Program-made: the position numbers and the translations under genes
Shown here: positions 10,067 to 18,649 of the stretch, piece after piece
How the letters are laid out: each line of letters starts with the position of its first letter
Numbering within the stretch: the stretch's first letter is position 1
Source: Bacteroidales bacterium
Lineage (GTDB): Bacteria; Bacteroidota; Bacteroidia; Bacteroidales; Marinilabiliaceae
NCBI GenBank assembly: GCA_004552385.1
Contig: SFOL01000001.1
Coordinates: 10,146-74,145, forward strand
Length of the DNA stretch: 64,000 bases
Direction of reading: 5' to 3'
The notes under the pieces: model-generated
The model's database searches: none
What the model saw: the letters and a program-made list of their open reading frames with translations, nothing else
What the model was told of the DNA's origin: nothing

Positions 10067-13000
10067 ATGGTACACGAAGTAAGGAAAGTGGTCATCCTCG
10101 GCTCCGGCGCCCTCAAGATAGGCGAGGCCGGCGAGTTCGACTATTCGGGTTCACAGGCCCTCAAGGCCCTCAAAGAGGAGGGCGTGCGCACCGTCCTCAT
10201 CAACCCAAACATCGCGACAATCCAGACATCGGAGAACATAGCGGACAAGATCTATTTCCTGCCCGTGACTCCTTACTTCGTGGAGCGCGTTATCGAGAAG
10301 GAGCGCCCGGACGGCATACTCCTCTCGTTTGGCGGGCAGACCGCGCTCAACTGTGGAGTGGCGCTCTACCAGAACAAAGTCCTCGAGAAGTACAACGTGA
10401 GGGTCCTCGGCACACCCGTCGAGGCCATAATTGACACCGAGGACCGCGAGATCTTCGCCAACATGCTCAAGAGCATCGACGTGAAGACCCCCCACAGCAT
10501 AGCTGTCAACACGGTCGAGGAGGCCCTCGCCGCAAGCGACAAGATTGGCTTCCCGATCATAGTCCGTGCGGCATACACCCTCGGCGGCATGGGCTCGGGC
10601 TTCTGCTCGAACCGCGAGGAGCTGATACAGCGCGCGGAGAACGCCCTCTCCTACTCCAACCAGATCCTGGTGGAGGAGAGCCTGAAGGGTTGGAAAGAGG
10701 TGGAGTATGAGGTTGTCCGCGACGCTTACGACAACTGCATCACGGTCTGCAACATGGAGAACTTCGACCCTCTCGGCATCCACACGGGCGAGAGCATCGT
10801 GGTGGCCCCGTCGCAGACGCTCACCAACAGCGAATATCACAAGCTGCGCGAGCTCGCCATCAAGATTGTGCGCCACGTGGGCATCGTGGGCGAGTGCAAC
10901 GTGCAATACGCCCTCGACCCGTTCTCGGAGGACTACCGCGTCATCGAGATCAACGCGCGCCTGAGCCGCTCTTCGGCCCTCGCGTCAAAGGCCACCGGCT
11001 ACCCACTCGCCTTCGTAGCCGCCAAGCTCGGCCTCGGCTACGGCCTCTGGGAGCTCAAGAACTCCGTCACCAAGACGACTCCCGCCTTCTTCGAGCCGGC
11101 GCTGGACTACATCGTATGCAAAATCCCGCGCTGGGACCTCGGCAAGTTCGCAGGCGTCTCTAAGCAGATAGGCTCGTCGATGAAGTCGGTGGGCGAGATC
11201 ATGTCCATCGGACGCTCGTTCGAGGAGGTCATCCAGAAAGGTCTGCGCATGGTGGGTCAGGGCATGCACGGCTTCTGCGCCAACCAGCCCCTCAAGGGCA
11301 TCGACATCCGCCAGGAGCTGGAGAACCCTACCGACAAGCGTGTCTTCGCCATATCCGAGGCCATGGCAGGAGGTATGTCCGTCGACGAGATTCATGACAT
11401 AACCAAGATTGACAAGTGGTTCCTCTACAAGCTTCAGCATCTTGACCAGATCCGCCGCAAGCTCTCTGAGGCTAAGCACATATCGGGCGTTAGCGACGAG
11501 CTGCTGCTCGAAGCCAAGAAGTGCGGATTCAGCGACTTCCAGATAGCAAGACTGGTGAACAGGGACGCGGACCGCAAGATGGAGGAACAGCAACTCGAGG
11601 TGCGCAAATATCGCAAGAGCCGCGGCATAGTGCCTGTCGTAAAGCAGATCGACACGATGGCTGGCGAGTTCCCCGCGCAGATCAACTACCTCTACCTGAC
11701 CTATTCGGGCACTGAGAACGACGTCCACTACCTTGGCGACCACAAGTCCGTCATAGTGCTCGGCTCGGGAGCCTACCGCATAGGCTCGTCGGTAGAGTTC
11801 GACTGGTGCTCGGTGAACGCCATCAACGCCATCAAGAGCCAGGGCCTCCGCTCCGTCATGATAAACTATAACCCCGAGACCGTCTCGACGGACTATGACG
11901 TGTGCGACCGCCTCTACTTCGACGAGCTGACGGAGGAGCGCGTCCTCGACATCATAGACCTTGAGAACCCCAAAGGCGTGATAGTGTCAGTGGGCGGCCA
12001 GATACCGAACAACCTGGCCATGAAGCTCTACCGCCGCAACGTCCCCATCCTCGGCACGTCACCAGTCAACATCGACCGCGCCGAGAACCGCTCTAAGTTC
12101 TCAAGCCTCTTGGACGAACTGCACATCGACCAGCCTAAATGGAGCGAGCTGACCACCATAGACGACATCTACAAGTTCGTAGACGAGGTGGGCTTCCCTG
12201 TCCTGGTGCGTCCGAGCTACGTGCTCTCCGGCGCGGCTATGAACGTCGTGTCAAACCGCGAGGAGCTGGGCTACTTCCTTAACCTTGCCGCCAACGTGTC
12301 AAAAGAGTTCCCCGTGGTCGTATCACAGTTCATCGAGCAGGCCAAGGAGATCGAGTTCGACGCCGTGGCACAGGGTGGCGAGGTGATAGCCTACGCCATA
12401 TCGGAGCACGTCGAGTTCGCAGGAGTCCACTCTGGCGACGCCACAATAGTCTTCCCGCCGCAGAAGCTCTACGTTGAGACCGTGAAGCGCATAAAGAAAG
12501 TGGCAAGGAAAATTGCCAAAGCTCTCGAGATAAGCGGCCCGTTCAACATGCAGCTGATGGCCAAGAACAACGATATTCTCGTCATCGAGGTCAACCTGCG
12601 CGCCAGCCGCTCATTCCCATTCGTCAGCAAGGTTCTCAAAGTCAACCTCATCGAGCTGGCGACGCGCGTTATGCTCGGCCTGCCTGTTGAGAAGCCGGCC
12701 AAGAACCTCTTCGACATTGACTATGTTGGCATCAAGGCTCCACAGTTCAGCTTCGCGCGTCTGCAGAAGGCCGACCCTGTCCTGGGCGTGGACATGTCCT
12801 CCACGGGCGAGGTGGGCTGCATCGGCAACACGTTCGACGACGCCATCCTCGAGTCGATGCTCTCTGTCGGCTACCGCATCCCGAAGAAGAACATACTTAT
12901 CTCTTCCGGCGGCTCACGCTCCAAACTTGAGCTCCTTGACGCGGCCAAGCTCCTCAAGGCCAAAGGCTACAACATATATGCCACCCACGGCACGCAGAAG

Positions 13001-13285
13001 TATCTGGAGGAGAACGGGGTGGACAGCACCCTGCTCTACTGGCCCGACGAGAACAAGCAGCCAAACGTGGTGGACTACATCCGCGACAAGAAGATAGACC
13101 TCGTGGTGAACATACCGAAGAACCTGACGCACAACGAGCTGGCCAATGGCTACAAGATACGCCGCGACGCCATCGACTTCAACGTGCCCCTCATAACCAA
13201 CGCCCGCCTGGCTTCAGCCTTCATCAAGGCGTTCACCAAGATGGGCGCGGACGAGGTGCCCATAAAGGCTTGGGACGAGTATTAG
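10067..13285 (+). CDS. carB: Carbamoyl-phosphate synthase large subunit
   Basis: 1072 aa with a duplicated ATP-grasp architecture. The N-terminus KVVILGSGALKIGEAGEFDYSGSQA and its second-half repeat SVIVLGSGAYRIGSSVEFDW are diagnostic, and there is an MGS-like C-terminal domain. Confidence 0.97.
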   Translation: MVHEVRKVVILGSGALKIGEAGEFDYSGSQALKALKEEGVRTVLINPNIATIQTSENIADKIYFLPVTPYFVERVIEKERPDGILLSFGGQTALNCGVALYQNKVLEKYNVRVLGTPVEAIIDTEDREIFANMLKSIDVKTPHSIAVNTVEEALAASDKIGFPIIVRAAYTLGGMGSGFCSNREELIQRAENALSYSNQILVEESLKGWKEVEYEVVRDAYDNCITVCNMENFDPLGIHTGESIVVAPSQTLTNSEYHKLRELAIKIVRHVGIVGECNVQYALDPFSEDYRVIEINARLSRSSALASKATGYPLAFVAAKLGLGYGLWELKNSVTKTTPAFFEPALDYIVCKIPRWDLGKFAGVSKQIGSSMKSVGEIMSIGRSFEEVIQKGLRMVGQGMHGFCANQPLKGIDIRQELENPTDKRVFAISEAMAGGMSVDEIHDITKIDKWFLYKLQHLDQIRRKLSEAKHISGVSDELLLEAKKCGFSDFQIARLVNRDADRKMEEQQLEVRKYRKSRGIVPVVKQIDTMAGEFPAQINYLYLTYSGTENDVHYLGDHKSVIVLGSGAYRIGSSVEFDWCSVNAINAIKSQGLRSVMINYNPETVSTDYDVCDRLYFDELTEERVLDIIDLENPKGVIVSVGGQIPNNLAMKLYRRNVPILGTSPVNIDRAENRSKFSSLLDELHIDQPKWSELTTIDDIYKFVDEVGFPVLVRPSYVLSGAAMNVVSNREELGYFLNLAANVSKEFPVVVSQFIEQAKEIEFDAVAQGGEVIAYAISEHVEFAGVHSGDATIVFPPQKLYVETVKRIKKVARKIAKALEISGPFNMQLMAKNNDILVIEVNLRASRSFPFVSKVLKVNLIELATRVMLGLPVEKPAKNLFDIDYVGIKAPQFSFARLQKADPVLGVDMSSTGEVGCIGNTFDDAILESMLSVGYRIPKKNILISSGGSRSKLELLDAAKLLKAKGYNIYATHGTQKYLEENGVDSTLLYWPDENKQPNVVDYIRDKKIDLVVNIPKNLTHNELANGYKIRRDAIDFNVPLITNARLASAFIKAFTKMGADEVPIKAWDEY

Positions 13286-13317
13286 TGTGACATCGGCCGC
13301 TGCGGCGGCCATTTGAC

Positions 13318-13917
13318 TCACCAAAAAGAGTGGTGCGGCTCTCCATTACGGAGCGCCGCACCACTCTTTTTGTGAAGAGGCGGAGGCTGACGGGCGGCCA
13401 AAGACAAGCCGCTGGCACAATAAGGGGACTTGCAGAATGTTAGTCGGCAGACGCAATAAAGGTCGCAAGTGAAAGATTGATGTGAATCCCGCCCAATCCT
13501 TCGCTTGTCACGTCTGCGAGCGAGACCTCGTCTGCGGCAAACTATAGTGTAACGTATTTTCCGACCATCAATGACAACCTTTATAGGGTTGTCGTCGCTT
13601 GCCGCGAAGGCTTCAAGCCCGGCCTCGGCAGTATCTTTCGAGAGACCGGTCATCTTGCTATACTTTGATATATTGAGATACTTGTTGTTCACAAGATACG
13701 CCAATGCCATATCCAGACTATCCTGTCTGCTCAACCAGTTGCTCATACGGGTCGATACGGCCGGGCGTGTGACCACAGTCACCACCGCTGGGCGCGAGTG
13801 GACCATGTGAGGCGCGCACACATGATGTCCGTGTTGCGCAAATGATGCCGTGCAAGCAATAATCATGACGGCTGCAAGCATAACTCTCCTTACATTTTGC
13901 ATAGTCTTCATAACCAC
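13318..13917 (-). CDS. Hypothetical secreted protein (signal peptide, His-rich segment, wHTH-like segment); the C-terminal ~70 codons are doubtful
   Basis: 199-aa ORF. The N-terminal ~125 aa look protein-like (MKTMQNVRRVMLAAVMIIACTASFAQHGHH..; LNISKYSKMTGLSKDTAEAGLEAF..GRKIRYTI). The tail is rich in Arg and Cys and reads through the terminator hairpin. Confidence 0.4.
   Translation of the reverse strand: MVMKTMQNVRRVMLAAVMIIACTASFAQHGHHVCAPHMVHSRPAVVTVVTRPAVSTRMSNWLSRQDSLDMALAYLVNNKYLNISKYSKMTGLSKDTAEAGLEAFAASDDNPIKVVIDGRKIRYTIVCRRRGLARRRDKRRIGRDSHQSFTCDLYCVCRLTFCKSPYCASGLSLAARQPPPLHKKSGAALRNGEPHHSFW
13323..13371. terminator. Bidirectional rho-independent terminator (carB and the convergent ORF)
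   Basis: aaaaagagtggtgcggc ... gccgcaccactcttttt forms a 17-bp perfect inverted repeat that includes the A and T tracts on both sides. Confidence 0.8.
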
Positions 13918-14246
13918 ATCCTCCTTGTATAATTTATCTTGTCTGCTTGGGGCAGTCTGACCATTTTTGTCTTTCTGGCCGGGCGCCCCCTTTTGTCTCT
14001 TGTCTCCGTAGTGCCTTTTTCATGTGCGCTACAACCTTAAGACCCCCAGAAAGGCAGAATGTAAAATCGGCGATGCGATTTTTTTTATGGCTATCTATTG
14101 TCAGAGTGCATTTATTACAGCAAGGCGAAATGAATGTCTCCGGCATCATAGCATATTATTGACGCACTTTGCGCTGGGTGTCAATCATTTCACTATCAAG
14201 TATGGGGGGCGTGGATTATGAATGCTGCTTAGTTTGTAAAAAAGAC

Positions 14247-14282
14247 AAAAAAATCCCCACAGGGCGTCTGACCCTGCGGGGA
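14247..14282 (-). terminator. Rho-independent terminator after the CE8 gene
   Basis: On the minus strand the sequence is tccccgcagggtcagacgccctgtgggga followed by tttttttgtctttttt. Confidence 0.7.
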
Positions 14283-14336
14283 AGTTAAAGATTCGTCAGG
14301 TTAAATCCACACGTGGATCACCCGAACCAATAGCTT

Positions 14337-17291
14337 TTACTTGACAATGACGCGTGAAGCCACAGAAGAGCCGTCAGCGAAGGTCGTGACCACAATGTTC
14401 ACGCCGCGCTGAAGCTTAGAGAGACGGGCGCCAGAGAGCGCGAAAAAAGATGTGGATACGACATCGGCATCAGAGACGACGTCAGAAACCGCCGTCTCGT
14501 CACCAGCGGCGAACGCCTTGCCGAAGCCACCACGAGAATTGGCGGCACGCACGGTGTAGACGCTCTCTGATCCGTCGGTGGCGTACTCCTTCTCGCTTGT
14601 CAGAGTGACGAAGACGCCATCTTTAAACACCGCAAACGTTGACGCGTCGGAGGTCCAAGAAATCTTGCCATCCTCCTGTGATACGGCAACTGTGGCCTGA
14701 GCCGTAGCTTCGGCCGGAGCCCAGTTGGTGAAGACCTTGTCGAGGGCATAGGCCGCAGCCTCATCGGCAGTAAGGATGGTCTCTTTAGCGTTCTCGCTAC
14801 CTCCCTTAATGAAGAACTTAATGACGTTAGATGAGGGCGAGACGACCGAGCCGTTGGCGTCAATAGAGTTGAACTCGACGAACTTGTCGGCGGGGACGTT
14901 CATACCCTCCGCCTGATAACGGGTGGCCTCAACCTCTGAGGGCTGGTTGATGGTGGTGTTGAGGAATGCGCAGCGAGGTGTGCCACCCCACGCACGTGCG
15001 AAGGAGAACGACTCGGCGAGGTTCTCGATGGTGCAGCCGTTGAAGACGTAGCCCCAATCTGAGCCGTTGGTATAGGGTGCGGCGATCACGTCAGAACCAT
15101 ACTTCACGCCTTCCTTGCGGCTCTCGTTGACGAGAGTGCAGCGGTTGAAGTAGACGTCGCCTCCGCCACAGATGTAGTCAACAGTACCATGTATCTCAGA
15201 ATCCTCCCAATAGAACTGGCCACTGTTATTGTTGGAATAGTAAGTGTCCTGATAAGAGAGCATCTTGACGTTCTTGCAGATGGTTCGGGTGCCCTTGTCC
15301 TGGATGCAGACGGCGCGACCGGCTGAACCAGATTTGTAGTAGTCGAGAGCATTCTGGATAGTGAGATCCTGGAAATAGGTACCCGTGCCGGTCACGTAGA
15401 ACGTGGCTGTGGAGCCGATACCCTCGTTCTCAATGAGAGGTGCGTTGCGGATGATTGTTTTGTCCATGCTCTGGCCGATGATTGATATGTTGTTGCCAGA
15501 GATGTTGGTGAGGACTGTCTCGCCGAGGTCGTAGATGCCATCGGGCAGGAAGATGCGGACGTTGCCCTTGCTGTTGGCGTCGGAGAGAGCCATGAGGAAG
15601 CTGTTAACGTCGTTAGCAGGAATGATATAGTAGCCAGAGGTCTCGTCATATTCCACAAAGTCCACGACATTGAAGACTGAGATTTTGTGGATGTAGGCTG
15701 TACCGCCAAATGTTATGGTAAGTGTGGTTGCATCGCCCTCATACTTGAAAGAAGTCTCAGCTCCATCGGTCTCTGCCTTGGCATTGAACTTTGCGACCTC
15801 ATTACCCTCGGCATCGGTCACTACTGCCTCGGCGTCTGCTGAATAAAGGCAATTGACAACTGAGACAATCGCATTGCCAGCTACAGGCACAGAGATTGAA
15901 TTGCCATTAGAGAAAACCCATCCGTGCTGTGCATCGTGCCAAGTGCCGCCAGTGAAAGCGATGCACTCATGATCCTCTACATAGAAGTTAGCCTTAGCTA
16001 TATCATAGATAAAACGTGCAGTTGTGCTGACTGTCTCAATACTTGTAGCCTTAGCGTATAGGTTAAGGTTGGCCTGCACTATCGTCCCCTCTTTGACTTT
16101 GCTGCCCGTCGACTTGTCAGAGTTGAACCAGCCGCGGAATGCGCTGCCAGACGGGACCTTCACGTCGGATTCTGAGAATTTGTAGGTAAGAGCGCTGCCG
16201 CCCTGAATCATAGTCTGACCCAGGAGTGAGCCGTCCGTATTGTAATATGAAACTTTGAAATCCGGCAGAAGGTCGCAGGCCTCAGCCTTAAAGAACGGGC
16301 AGTAGCCTCCAAGCTCGAAAGTAAGCGTTTCTGCTGCCTCGACGTTGTACGTCCAGGTGGCAAAATGGTCAGTGCTGGTCTGCGAGTCACAGCCCGGAGT
16401 CTTAGTGTCAATAGTGGTCAGCACATCACCAGCTGCATTTTTAACGACCGCCGAGCCTCCGAATTGGCAAGAGCCGATGGTGAACTTGACCGGGCCATCA
16501 ACGGGAACGGTAACAACGGGGGTGCCTTGGTAGCCGTGTTGCGCATCGTGGAACGCACCTCCGGCGATGGAGACGCCGGACGGCAACTCACCAGTATAAG
16601 GGTTCGTACGGAAATCTACAGCGAAGTTTACGAATTTTCTTTTCTCCACCTCGCCGTTGAGCTTACCGTTGAGCTTGACATTGGCAATGGATATCTTTTT
16701 AGTGTCAGCGCATCTCAGGTATATCCTGAATGTGAACGTGCGCACCCCGCCGGCGGAGATTGTCTCCACATGGTTAAGCGACGCGGTACTGCCTGCCTTA
16801 TCGCGGAGGACATTTGCGTCCGGCATATCCACGACCTCGCTCTCTACGCCATCAAGGGTATAGCTCCACGAGTAAGTAGGGCCATCCGTGCCATTCTTTA
16901 TGGCGTCATAAGAGACAGACGTCGGTGTGAAGGTTACACCTTTTTTCATCTTGACAGAGAACTCGACCATGTCATCAGTCGAAATGGCCGGCTTCGAAGT
17001 TCCCGGCTGCCACGCCGCCATGTCGGAATAGACACCGGATGTGCCGAATTTACCGTCATAAGCGCTCCCCGTCACTACTGAAGTAGTCAAATCGGAGCCG
17101 TAGAGGAGAGACGAGGAGGAGACATAGGCAGCTATGTCTTCCGAATATTCCGCATTATCCTCATTTCCAACCTTCCATAGGAAAGAGGCCTCGACGTCCG
17201 AGACGCTCTGTGCCGTTACGTTACCGCACGTGGCTAAAGCCAATAACGACAACGCGCCGCACCCCAAAAATTGCTGTAGGGTTTTCTTCAT
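14337..17291 (-). CDS. T9SS-secreted pectin methylesterase (CE8) with N-terminal repeat modules and a Listeria-Bacteroides repeat
   Basis: The ORF is 14337..17420, with the start placed at MKKTLQQFLGCGALSLLALA (17291). CE8 motifs are GRAVCIQ, YQDTYY and GTVDYICGGG, plus ARAWG. The C-terminal T9SS sorting domain is ..FFALSGARLSKLQRGVNIVVTTFADGSSVASRVIVK. Confidence 0.85.
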   Translation of the reverse strand: MKKTLQQFLGCGALSLLALATCGNVTAQSVSDVEASFLWKVGNEDNAEYSEDIAAYVSSSSLLYGSDLTTSVVTGSAYDGKFGTSGVYSDMAAWQPGTSKPAISTDDMVEFSVKMKKGVTFTPTSVSYDAIKNGTDGPTYSWSYTLDGVESEVVDMPDANVLRDKAGSTASLNHVETISAGGVRTFTFRIYLRCADTKKISIANVKLNGKLNGEVEKRKFVNFAVDFRTNPYTGELPSGVSIAGGAFHDAQHGYQGTPVVTVPVDGPVKFTIGSCQFGGSAVVKNAAGDVLTTIDTKTPGCDSQTSTDHFATWTYNVEAAETLTFELGGYCPFFKAEACDLLPDFKVSYYNTDGSLLGQTMIQGGSALTYKFSESDVKVPSGSAFRGWFNSDKSTGSKVKEGTIVQANLNLYAKATSIETVSTTARFIYDIAKANFYVEDHECIAFTGGTWHDAQHGWVFSNGNSISVPVAGNAIVSVVNCLYSADAEAVVTDAEGNEVAKFNAKAETDGAETSFKYEGDATTLTITFGGTAYIHKISVFNVVDFVEYDETSGYYIIPANDVNSFLMALSDANSKGNVRIFLPDGIYDLGETVLTNISGNNISIIGQSMDKTIIRNAPLIENEGIGSTATFYVTGTGTYFQDLTIQNALDYYKSGSAGRAVCIQDKGTRTICKNVKMLSYQDTYYSNNNSGQFYWEDSEIHGTVDYICGGGDVYFNRCTLVNESRKEGVKYGSDVIAAPYTNGSDWGYVFNGCTIENLAESFSFARAWGGTPRCAFLNTTINQPSEVEATRYQAEGMNVPADKFVEFNSIDANGSVVSPSSNVIKFFIKGGSENAKETILTADEAAAYALDKVFTNWAPAEATAQATVAVSQEDGKISWTSDASTFAVFKDGVFVTLTSEKEYATDGSESVYTVRAANSRGGFGKAFAAGDETAVSDVVSDADVVSTSFFALSGARLSKLQRGVNIVVTTFADGSSVASRVIVK

Positions 17292-17370
17292 AAAATTGTG
17301 GTATAAAAATTTGATGATATTACCTTCTGACGCATCAATACGCAGAAGTATTGCGAAGTTAAGAAACATT

Positions 17371-17424
17371 AAAAAAAAATCAAACAAAAAATCAAGTTGC
17401 GCGCACAGAAACACGCGCAACTTG
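17371..17424 (-). terminator. Rho-independent terminator closing the cytochrome/imelysin/chorismatase operon
   Basis: Perfect 11-bp stem caagttgcgcg / cgcgcaacttg (17393-17403 and 17414-17424). On the minus strand it is followed by attttttgtttgattttttttt. Confidence 0.8.
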
Positions 17425-17464
17425 ACTGTAAGCGGTCAGAACCTCACGAACAACTAAGCTCGCG

Positions 17465-18607
17465 TTAAAAATCGCGATACTGTTTGTTCTCGCGCCTGTC
17501 CACAGCTATGCACTCCATCTCGATGAGCCATGCGGGGCGGCATACGGGCGCCAAAGTGAGCACATACGGCACGTGCGGGAACTTCTCGGCGAACATGTGG
17601 CTGACGACATCATAGTCCGCCATGTCGCGCAGGTAGACCACGATCTGCATGACGTCGTCGAAGCCCATGCCACCCTCCTCGAGCAGCTTCTCGACGTTCT
17701 CCCACATGCGCAGGGTCTGTCGGCGGACGTCGCCGAGGTGAAGGACGTTGCCCTTGTTGTCTATAGAGGCGGTGCCAGAAATGTATACGTGGCCGCGGTC
17801 TCCAAACTCCACAAGCGTGCCACGCTCAAATGTCACACCATACTCTATGGTCTTGTTGAGGTGCGAGAAGGCGTAGAGGTAGCGCTGCTGCCCGGGTTCG
17901 AAGCCTAAGAGAGAGCAGGTGCCGAGCTGAATGATGGCTTTAGGGTCGGCTGGCAGTCCGCCAATGCCGGTAGACGAGACGTAATGGGTCTGGGGAGTTA
18001 GGCCGTTCACCTCGAAATTGGCCTTGCGAGCGCGCACCATGCCGGCATACTGGGTGTCGACATCGCGGACATAGAACCAGGTGCGGATGCAGTTGTCGGC
18101 AATTGTCCCGCCGTGCTTGGCGAGCATGGCTTCATAATCTTCAAGGAGGGCAGCGGTCTGCTGCTCGGAGTCGCCGATGTTGGTTGTCATCCCCATCTTC
18201 CAGAGCTGAGTGTAGCCGTTGTGCTCGACGGTGATGACGCCGTCATCGCTCGTCATTGATACGCCTTTCTGGGCGTAGACCCACAGGGCTACCTTGCTGC
18301 CGTCGAGCGGCGGCTGCTGGATGAACGAGACGCTGGCGTCGTCAAGCTCGGTCATCAGTGGCACCTGGTTGCAGGCGTCGGAGAGGAAGTAGCGTTTAAA
18401 GACGATGCACGCGCCCTTGAACTGCGGGAGGGCGAGAAGAAGATTTTCAGCGCTGAGCAGACGCGCATACTGATCAGTGAAGAGTTGACCTTGCGGCTCA
18501 ATGTGAAGAATGGCGTGATATTCAGCCACACCGCAATCAGGCTCGAAAGACGAGAGGTCGGCCCTCGCGCCAAGATTGTCCCACTGGTATCTGTTAAACT
18601 GTCTCAT
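17465..18607 (-). CDS. Chorismatase-like enzyme (FkbO/Hyg5/XanB2 family, RidA/YjgF fold)
   Basis: 380 aa with no signal peptide. Family-typical blocks are CIRTWFYVRDVDTQYAGMVRARKANF, HVYISGTASIDNKGNVLHLGDVRRQTL, VVYLRDMADY and VCRPAWLIEMECIA. Confidence 0.65.
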   Translation of the reverse strand: MRQFNRYQWDNLGARADLSSFEPDCGVAEYHAILHIEPQGQLFTDQYARLLSAENLLLALPQFKGACIVFKRYFLSDACNQVPLMTELDDASVSFIQQPPLDGSKVALWVYAQKGVSMTSDDGVITVEHNGYTQLWKMGMTTNIGDSEQQTAALLEDYEAMLAKHGGTIADNCIRTWFYVRDVDTQYAGMVRARKANFEVNGLTPQTHYVSSTGIGGLPADPKAIIQLGTCSLLGFEPGQQRYLYAFSHLNKTIEYGVTFERGTLVEFGDRGHVYISGTASIDNKGNVLHLGDVRRQTLRMWENVEKLLEEGGMGFDDVMQIVVYLRDMADYDVVSHMFAEKFPHVPYVLTLAPVCRPAWLIEMECIAVDRRENKQYRDF

Positions 18608-18649
18608 GTCATTCTGTTATTGTCAGTTGATAGCAATACTTGTTGATGG

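Noticed and set aside
13413-13433. TGGCAC ... TTGC, resembling a sigma-54 -24/-12 promoter
   Set aside because: The GG to GC spacing is 18 nt instead of 12, and there is no downstream gene in that orientation.
17895-17905. GGTTCGAAGCC, a tRNA T-arm-like string
   Set aside because: It lies inside the chorismatase-like CDS and has no surrounding cloverleaf (no acceptor or anticodon stems). It is a chance match.
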